Shown in pieces: positions 54,589-64,000 of a stretch of DNA of 64,000 nt. Location: positions 50,592,001 through 50,656,000 of the forward strand of contig OX597814.1 of assembly GCA_951406725.2 (NCBI GenBank). Reading direction: 5' to 3'. The DNA is from Octopus vulgaris (taxonomy: Eukaryota). The stretch's first letter is position 1. Each line of letters starts with the position of its first letter. The notes under the pieces are model-generated. The model was not told where the DNA came from. It was given only the letters and a program-made list of their open reading frames with translations, and made no database searches. The position numbers and the translations under genes were made by a program.

Positions 54589-55832
54589 GTCATCCCATAA
54601 GTTCTATCCGATTTTACCTTTTTTACAATTGAATGAAATTTAATAGTATTTTAGAAGGTCGAATGGAAATAAGAATTGTTTTTATGCATTTGTATACATT
54701 TAAACTAATTAAATATTATTTTACAGAATAATAGAATTAAAATTTCTTTGATTAAAACCCTTTCTAACATGGAAGTATCCAAAGAGCATTTAAGACACAT
54801 AATACTTTATGAGTACAAAAATGGAAACTCTGCAGCCAAAGCGACTCGAAACATACACTCAGTTTATGGGAAAGAATGCTTGAATGGAAAAATTTTCAGA
54901 AGATGGTTTGCAAAATTCAGAAGTGGAAATTTCAGCCTTGAAGATGAAGATCGAACAGGACGTCCAGTTGAGTTTGATAATAAGCTCCTTGAGACATTAC
55001 TTGAAGAAAATCCTGCATTGTCAGTTGAAGAATTGGCAATAAAGCTTAGTTCAAACCATGCAACTGTTCGTCGTCATCTTCAACAACTTGAGAAGGTTCC
55101 TAAACTTGGAAAATGGGTGCCTCATGAATTGTCCAAAAGCAACCGCAAATCCCAAGTTGACAAATGCTCTTCTCTCCATTCTCGCGAACTCATTTCACCC
55201 TTTTTGGATAGACTTGTGACGTCGTAAACAGTGACTTGGCAAAGGAGAAAAAGCTCAACCACAACCGAGAAGGGAACTTCATGGGGAAAAGGTTCTTCTC
55301 TCTATCTGGTGGGATTGCAAAGGAGTAATTCCCTTTGAATTGTTACCACCTAATGCAACAATCAACGCTCAATTCTACGGTCAGCAATTAGAGCGTTTGA
55401 ATCAAGCTTTGAAGAAAAAAAAAAGACCCACTTAAATGAATCGAAAAAGATTGATGTTTTATCAAGACAATGCACGATCCCACACTGCAAAGATCACATC
55501 ACAGAAGATCGAAGCGGTTGGTTGGGGAAAAACCTCATCCACCTTATTCTCCCGACCTTGCTCCTTCAGACTACCATTTGTTTCGTAGTTTACAGAATCA
55601 TTTGGGGGACACTTTTGCAAGCCAGGAGGAGATCGAAACTGACATTCCAGAGTTCTTCGCTTTGAAACCAAAAGAGTTTTACATTGATGGGATTTAAAAG
55701 CTTGTAAATAGATGGAAGGAAGTCATAGATAATCAGGGAAAGTACATTGATGATTAAATTTCAATAAAATATATCATTTGATCACTTGTTTTCTTTATTC
55801 AAAATTTGGACAGAACTTTTGGGATGACCTGA
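54585..55832 (+). mobile_element. Mariner (Tc1/mariner) DNA transposon, full-length, inactive
   Basis: TIRs TCAGGTCATCCCATAAGTTCTATCC / GGACAGAACTTTTGGGATGACCTGA. TA on both sides (54583-84 and 55833-34). About 1.25 kb. Confidence 0.95.
54769..55757 (+). pseudogene. Mariner transposase pseudogene
   Basis: HTH region, WVPHEL, QDNARSH, PPYSPDLAPSDYHLF, ending KYIDD*. Has stops and frameshifts and has lost the GDEKW segment. Confidence 0.93.
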
Positions 55833-56067
55833 TATCATAAGTATAATATAACACGAGGATGGAGGATATGAGGTTTTAATAATAGACCCCAACATTTGTT
55901 TCAGTTTTAAGTTGATGATTTTATATTCATGTACCATTATACAAGATTATTCTTTATTTTTCGGCAACAGTAGGGTGTGGGCGCTTCATCGGGTTGCATA
56001 CGATTAAGTCCTTGGTAGCCAAATAACAGCATAGGTGTACTTAAATACGCGCACGCACACACATACA

Positions 56068-56141
<74 letters not shown>

Positions 56142-56212
56142 GAGGGAGAGAGGTGTCACACTATTTCTACCCTTTTTTATAGGCAGATGAATCAAAGGCC
56201 TATATTCTAGAC

Positions 56213-56458
56213 CTTCTCAACCGGGGTTTATATGGCCCTTGAGGACCCATATAAGATTTTGTTTTAAAAATTTATCTGCAATAAATTAGTTCAACTTCTA
56301 CAATATACAAAATATTTTAATAATTTTTACATACAATTCCTAATAATATCTAATTATTAAAATATATGATTTTTTTTTATCATTGAATGGCGAGGTGGGC
56401 CCATTCGAATAAATAGAAATCAAAGGTGTCCGTAGCTAAAAAATGGTTGAGAAACATC
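56213..56458. mobile_element. hAT MITE, same family as 3076-3406
   Basis: ttctcaaccgggg..tatgg..catataagatttt..aaaaaatggttgagaa. Confidence 0.7.
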
Positions 56459-56695
56459 TATACTCTAAAATCTAGATGATTTGAATCGAGAATCGAAACC
56501 GATATGTTTTCTTGGTTCTCGAGAGTTTATATCTTCCCTGTCTGCATTTGCTGCACACTTTAATATTGAAATATATATAATCTCACTTTACAAACGTAGA
56601 CTTATATGCACATAGACAATGTCGAGTTCGAGGGCAGCGAGGAAGATGATCCTCTTGTTGCTGACTTTGATGCAAGCACTGCTGTAGCTGCATAT

Positions 56696-56709
56696 GGTGG
56701 TGGTGGTGG

Positions 56710-56741
<32 letters not shown>

Positions 56742-56836
56742 GTGATGATGGTGGTGGTGGTGGTGGTGGTGGTGGTGGTAGTGGTGGTGGTGGTGGTGGT
56801 AGTGGTGGTGGTGGTAGTGGTGGTGGTGGTGGTGAT
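56696..56836. repeat. (GGT)n/(GAT)n microsatellite
   Basis: Read directly from the sequence. Confidence 0.95.
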
Positions 56837-57706
56837 GGGGATTTTGGAGGCGTTGCATATGATAAGAATGGTTATGATGACGTTAGCATGTCTTGCTACT
56901 TGACTTAGAATTATAAATATGATTAATTTGGATGTATATCAGTTACAGATTGTGTTCTTCTTTCTTGCTTGTTTTGTTGGTGCCACACCGTAATAATGAT
57001 ATCAGAGCAGATAAGATATCACCATTAATAGTAAAATACTCTTCATTTTTTTTTCTTTTCTGTTTTCTTCTTCCTATTTTATTTTATTTTTTCTGTTCCC
57101 CGGGGGAGATTGTGATTGCTGAACAGTGTCAGTTCACTTGAAATCTCTCGAGGCTATTCACCTATCTTTACCACTTCGATAAGATTCATGACCTGGTAAA
57201 TTATCTGAAATAAAACATTCCGACTTTTAACTACAGGAGGAGCCGTTCACAGTAAAAGCAGCGAAATTCAATATTTAAACGACAGCATTGTCAGGTAACT
57301 GGAAACCATCGACATTCATGTCATGGTTTCAGGAGAACATATGATGCGTTTATGGCAACTGTTTTTCAAATAGCTTACTTCTGCCCAACCTAGTGCACTT
57401 TCAATGACTCTTGACCTTCCACTGGATATCAGCGTCTGAATTTCAGCACCCGGGACATTACGCCCGACATATTGGCTATGCTTTTTCTTTATTCTTTTCG
57501 ACTTTGGAGTTTTAATTTAGTTTATGAATGAAGAAATAAATAAAAATTTCCGCAAGGCAGTCTTTGTGAATTTGGTAGTCATCTGGAGAGAGTAAATAAT
57601 ATTAGCGGTCGGCGAAATAGTTGTTTCGTTTACTGAAATATTGGAAGAATTAAGAAGACGATGGGTGGGAAGAAATGGCAACGAAGGTGGTAGGGACAGT
57701 AGCGTA

Positions 57707-57770
57707 GAAGAAGAAGAAGAAGAAGAAGAAGAAGAAGAAGAAGAAGAAGAAGAAGAAGAAGAAGAAGAAG
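57707..57770. repeat. (GAA)n microsatellite
   Basis: Read directly from the sequence. Confidence 0.97.
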
Positions 57771-60569
57771 AGTAGGAACCGTACAGATATAGAGAGAAAT
57801 AGCAGTGGAAAGACGGAAGATAACTAAGAAGAAATGTTAATTTTCCAGAATGTTCTGAAAGCTTAATATCACTTAACTATTAAATACTTTGCATAAACTG
57901 TAAAAGTTCTTTAAATAAATCGAAAGATTTCAGTGAGTTAGTGTAACTGTTGGTTTGATTACTATATATGCCATATATGTTCTTAATTATATGTGAACAC
58001 TAGTGAAATAAGTGAAATACATGTCTCTTCTGGAGAAAGATTTTTGATTGCCATATCATTCTTCCTTGAATATTTATTTTGTTTTAATTGGAAAATAATT
58101 ACTTTGGCTAATTTAAAGTAATTCTAATATCGAGAATTTTAAATATAACGTGAAAGTTTCGATTTGCATACTTATTAGACAATTTGATTCCCTGAAGAAA
58201 ATGACGATTTGTTCAGCAAAGTTATAAGATCCTTATTATGCTTTGTTTTTTGTTTATTTTTATATGGAAATCAGTTACAGTCGATTCAAAGAAGACCGAT
58301 ATATATAAAATATTCTATCGACCTTAGTTGGTTAAAAGGCAAAGTTGATTTGGTCAGTATTAAATTCTGAACAGCGGGCTTACAGTTACTTACCACTCCG
58401 TAAGTATTGAAATGAAAATCGCTGTTAACTACGATCTCTAACATATGTATAGAGTCAAATTTTTCAGGGCCTTTCTTTTCCTATACAAATCATTTTCATA
58501 AGTTTGTCCTAAACGTCTACGCTTGTTTTCAGACTTTTACTTAGCCCTTGTTTCATAAGTTATGAGCAATATGAAACTTTCCTTTCATAAGTCCCAAGTT
58601 GTTCTGGCAATCGAAAAAAATATTTAGAATGAGTATCACATACGATGCATAGAAGCCAAAGAAGCATGTCCTGTGTATCACATGTGAGACACAGGATACA
58701 TATTAACCGACTGCTGAAGATTGGAAGGCAGAGCCAATATCAGTTTGAACAGAACTCAAAATATGAAGGCATATAGAAAAAAAAAAGACCCTAATTAATT
58801 TTGTCAGGAGCTCTACCGATTATAAATATAAACTAAATAAGAATCATCATCGAATACTTTTTGATAACCGAATACTATTCAAAACATTGGCAAAGGTTTG
58901 AAAATCTTTCAACAATAAAACATATACCATTGGCTTATGATCTCAATAATTAAGAACACCTAAAATCTGTCAGTTCCTCTCAGTGGAATACCGAAGAGAT
59001 AGTTACACCATCTTATATTTGTGGGTAATATCCTGAACATAAAGTAGCAAACTTGTGCACAAATCATAAATTTTACTTGAGATCTACAACACGCTGTCAA
59101 CTTTAAAAAACGTTGCCTTTCATCATTCTCGGGTCGATAAAGTACGTAGAAGTCAAGTTGAGAAGATCGAATGTTCCCTCCCTAAAAATGTGTGGCATCG
59201 TGCATATGTTAGAAATCAATATATTAAATCATGTTAACGATGCCAATATATTAAATCATGTTCAATGTAGACACAAGCTAGATTGATGTTCTTTTGTATT
59301 GGTGTGTGTGTTGTTGCAGTCACAGGTCAGCCCTGGTCGTTTTTTCGTGTTTGTTTTGGGGTTTTTTTCTTATTCAAATACATTGTATCTAAGACTACAT
59401 TATTCAGTACATCTTGTTTTGTAGAACGAAAGGGTGTGATTTGAGATTGATTTGGTGTCTATTTCTAGCAGATTGGGAGACCAAGTACGTAACTTCATTT
59501 CCTCGAAGTAGACATGGTTTATTCGATACAAGGAACACACTATGACAGATATCTTCATGTTTTATTAAGAAGTGCATTTATAGCAAACACATTCTTTTAT
59601 AGGTGTGTTTGTATACGAATGTATGGCGACCAGTGTGTATGTATGCTTTAGTGTATGTGTATGTAACTGAGTCTGCTGCATTACTTTACCTCTTTGTTGT
59701 TAGAATCCTGATATTTTTATTCGGGATCATAACTTAACCAGATCTCTGCCTTAAATGCTATGGACAAGTCCGAAGGGAAATTTTCTGATGGCGACAGATT
59801 CTAAAAGATATTACTTCGATTCTTTGGTGCACCAACGCAACTTTAACGGAAGACGAACTTCCGAAGAAGAAAAGTACTTAGAGTAGAGTAAAGGGTCCTT
59901 TTTCATGCTTGCGTTATCCTTTGTAGCATGTTGAATACAGAATGTTGTTTAGATATATTAAAGACATAATATGACAGCTGAAGCATTGCGATGGATCAGT
60001 TGTTCTATTTTTCCATAGCCCCTTGTTTTTCTTGTCATTTTGCTGCAAAACTGGAAAAGTAGAGATATTCAACATTCCAAAGGAAATTCAAGAATATTGT
60101 GAACCATAAATAAGACACGGTTAAGCAATCAAGCTCCAGAATTTAATTTAAGGTGGAAATTTGTGGAAACCTCCTTGGTTCAGACTGACATTAAATATGT
60201 TTAGTAAGCTACAAAAGTAATACTGCATGAGCATTTACAAAAGAAAATAATTATGTTCTTTTTCATAGTTGGTTTTAAGAAAAGTTTCACCCACAAAGCT
60301 TTCTCAATAACATTAAGACTGAAGCTAAACGAAAGCAACATGAAACAAAAATATTGATTTCAGTTTTTGGTGCAAGGCCAATAATTTCAGGGGAGGTGTT
60401 AAGTCAATGTTTTGTGTTGTTTATTTGTTGTTGTTTTTTTTCTGCCTGATGCAACATTTTGATCAGAGTGAAATTTAATCATCATTTTCAGAACCTTCTA
60501 TTACTTTTTTAACCTAATAAAAACTACAGATTCATTCATTCCGACCATTAGTTTTCCGTCAACCGCTGT

Positions 60570-60820
60570 AACGGGAACTTAACCAAATCAACACCGGTTG
60601 CCTCACTTACACACACACACGCACACATACACACACGCATATATATATTATATATAATTATTTATGCGACGGGCTTCCACACAGTTTCCGTCTACCAAAT
60701 TCACTCACAAGACATTGGTCGGCCTGGGGTTATAGTAGGAGATTATAGAAGAAGACGCTTGCCTTACAGTCCTCGGAGTGAATCCCAAAACCACGTGGTT
60801 ACAAAGCTAGGCTTTACCAC
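60570..60820 (-). mobile_element. SINE family C
   Basis: cagtttccgtctaccaaattcactcacaagacattggtcggcctggggttatagtag is the reverse of the 6555-6685 family. Confidence 0.65.
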
Positions 60821-61225
60821 TATTTTGGTGACAGGCAAAAAGAGGGGGTTGATCGTAGCGTGAAATAGCACAAGTAAAACCAGCAAACAATAGTCAAATC
60901 AAAACATCCCGCAAGTACGTAGAAATATGAACTTTCAAACTAAGTGTTGCTAATGAGAATTGGACCCTCCAACTATAAACAGTTGTGGTGTAGCTTCAGC
61001 GATTGGTATGAAATTAAAATCTATGAAGTCGAAGAACAAGTTATAGTCATTTTTTGCACATAACATGATTTGAAGAAGAGTTTCTATGTGCAAGAATACG
61101 CATGTGCATCGGTAAATATATACACGTACTCATGGATGATACATACATACACACAAAGACATGTAAATTATCTATACTTGTATGAATGTATAATTCGTGA
61201 GCACGCGCGTGTGTGTATGCGTGAG

Positions 61226-61252
<27 letters not shown>

Positions 61253-61256
<4 letters not shown>

Positions 61257-61514
61257 ACAATAAGGAACGGCCATAATAGGCCATTCACCCACTAGAAATA
61301 ACAGCCAAAGCTTCAACCGCAAATAAAAGTTAATTCAGTAAACCAGGAGAAAATTTAAAAACATTTACCCTGTAAATTTTTAAATTTTTTTAAATTTTTT
61401 AAATATTTTAAATTTTCTCCTGGTTTACTGAATTAACTTTTATTTGCGGTTGAAGCTTTGGCTGTTATTTCTAGTGGGTGAATGGCCTATTATGGCCGTT
61501 CCTTTATTGTTGAT
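61253..61514. repeat. Long near-perfect inverted repeat (~110 bp arms) next to (TA)n
   Basis: atcaacaataaggaacggcc..ggagaaaattt pairs with aaattttctcc..ggccgttcctttattgttgat. Confidence 0.9.
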
Positions 61515-61616
61515 GTTGAACTTAAAAATGGTCTATGACTATTTTAAATTTTTTCCTACTAGGCCGCTGGTGGCAAAAGAATTCTACAAAATTTTTTTTT
61601 GCCACCCTATATTGAT

Positions 61617-61650
<34 letters not shown>

Positions 61651-61659
<9 letters not shown>

Positions 61660-62233
61660 CTGAGGTTGTCTGTGTGTGTGGCAGGTTTGGTAGCCTTCAA
61701 CTAACACTATCTCCTCCGAGACCCTGCGGCGCAATTTGACCAAAATTGAAAGTATACTAGAAGAAGGCTTGCTCTTCATTCTGTTGGAGAAAAATTAAAA
61801 TAGGACCATGTTAAGACCAAAAATTATTTACATCAAAAAGGTGCTTTTCTTTTCTATGAAAATACCTATTTTTTACGATTTTGTGACTGCTGTGTCGCCA
61901 CTTTTCCGTGTATTTCAACCAGAAAAATGTTCACTTAAAGAGAATAACAAGCTACATAATGCAAAATTTTTACTTTTCAAAAATTCCAATTCTAAAGGGT
62001 CGAAAAGAATTTTTTCCCCATAATGTTAATAGAAGGAATATTAACCAACAATACCAACAACTGAAGTCGGCATTACAAATTTGCTGCACATTCAGAGCAA
62101 ACTCTAGCATCGCCACACTTTACTTTTATTCATAGATTGAAAGTATGTCAAAACTTTGTTAACGCGACATCAAAGTCTGCCGTTTTAAGCGCAACTAAAA
62201 AACAAACCCGAGCAACGCCGGGCTATACTGCTA

Positions 62234-62234
<1 letters not shown>
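61651..62234 (+). mobile_element. Non-autonomous Helitron
   Basis: 3' hairpin CCCGAGCAACGCCGGG (62207-62222) followed by terminal CTAG (62231-62234) and then T. The 5' end TATATAAAGCTGA merges into (TA)n, so the start is approximate. Confidence 0.75.
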
Positions 62235-62326
<92 letters not shown>

Positions 62327-64000
62327 GAAGAAGGAGTTTAACAACTGAAAGACATTTATAGATAAAGAAATTCTTTGAATTTGTATGTATATTCTGTAAT
62401 TACAGTATAAATATATAGTTAAAGTAATAGTTGTGAACTCTGTGAAAACTCGCTCCTAACATAGACAGGATCGATTAGAAAGAAAGAAAGAAAAGAAAGA
62501 AAGAAAGAAAAAAAGAAAGAAAGATGGGAAGGAAGGAAGGATGAAAGAAAGAAAGATGGGTAGGAAGGAAGGAAGACAGAAAGAAAAAAGGTGAAAAGGA
62601 AGGAAGGAAGGAAAATACAAGTGCAACATATCGTTATGTGAACAGTTTTACCTTTATGAAACACTCCCAGCGGCTTAGTAATTAATCAAATAGCAAAATA
62701 TTCCATAAACATAAAGAAATTAATATATAAGAATCACATTTATTCAGAATATTTAAATACTGCTGCAAATTAAATTAAAGTAAATATTATACCTTAATTT
62801 CATTATTCAAGACATTTATGAGTTTCTTACAACTGGAACGGAAGAAGTAATTTCTTCCAATACATAGGAAGTAAGTTTCAAGGGTTTTTTTGTTTGTTAT
62901 TTAGTTTATTTGTTTTGTCTTGTTTTTTTTTTTATATATATCGATATTATTTGTACAGAAATTAATCACATCGTAAGTAATTACTAACGCAATATTATTA
63001 TTTTAATAACGAACATTTATTATTGGGTAACTCATTAAATAGCTTTTTTTCCTTCTTCAATTATTTACAGAAATGTACCAAGCGCACTGTGTATTTCACT
63101 TGAAAGTACTTGGTTTGTCTTACCTCTGAAGTCAGTATATTAGTAACTGTGTACACGCTGCTTTTGTTAATAGCAACTAACTTATACTATCTAAATCGTG
63201 CTGAAATGAACCCTTCAACTCGGGAACCGCTAGTTCAAGCCTAAAGGTTCCAAGCCAGTTTAAACCCCTTCATCTCAGATGTGTGTTATATTTCTTTTAC
63301 TACTAATTTAAATCGTCAGGAAATTTCGATTGAAAAGAAATCAAGAATGAAATCAATGATCCTATGAATAGCAAATACGAAAGATTTCGCGAAAAATCTT
63401 CCCTAAGTAAATATTTCGATCTTTCTCTTATTACATGAATTATTTTTAGGAAGACAAATGAAGGTATCAGAAATCTCCACTAATATCAATTGTATGTTTT
63501 AATTTATTATCATTATGATAATTACTATTACTTCTACACCAACTACATATACTACTACTACTACTACTACTACTACTATTACAGCTGCTGCTACTACTAC
63601 GACTACTATTTCATTGTATGATAATATATTAGCATTCTTTATCTGTTATATATCTTACTAAATATTGCTGTCTAAAATGCTCATCAATCATAATAATAGT
63701 TTTGTCAGTTGACCCAGACATGATTATTATTGTCTTAATTGGATTTAAGTCAATGAAAGTTATACATACATATATAAAACTCTTCCAAAAGCACCGGTGT
63801 CTAATGAGAACAATTCCCAAAACACTAGTTGTTATACTAGAGCTAAGGAAGTTTGGAATCTTGTCAATCTGGCTTAAGTTCGGCTTCAGAATTCAATTCG
63901 AGATTTTCCATGTCTGGCTTTCTCACGTTGTCTTATTTATTAGCTAACCAACGGGAAATGAAACGTGCCTGTGACCCTTGTAGAACCACTGAGGCTCTTT

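Noticed and set aside
56583-56908. Gly/Asp-rich and poly-His ORFs
   Set aside because: They come from a (GGT)n/(GAT)n microsatellite, with no splice or codon evidence.
57379-57480. Possible minus-strand exon ending in GTAAG
   Set aside because: No convincing acceptor or recognisable protein; it could be decayed transposon sequence.

Overview
AT-rich, repeat-saturated eukaryotic intergenic or intronic DNA. The SINE, Penelope and microsatellite repertoire suggests a coleoid cephalopod such as Octopus (inference). No host protein-coding exon could be supported, and most ORFs in the track are microsatellite translations. Main content: (1) a head-to-tail cluster of (TAA)n-associated R4/Dong-clade non-LTR retrotransposons at 11.1-17.6 kb, including one 5'-truncated copy with an uninterrupted RT-CCHC-RLE reading frame; (2) a full-length but dead mariner with TIRs and TA TSDs; (3) a non-autonomous Helitron; (4) hAT MITEs and decayed hAT transposase fragments; (5) CR1/L2/RTE LINE fragments; (6) many tRNA-derived SINEs. 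The most interesting signal is a set of Penelope-like terminal-repeat fragments between (TA)n tracts. They carry minimal type I hammerhead ribozyme motifs, and several are fold-back inverted repeats, one with an intact hammerhead on each strand.
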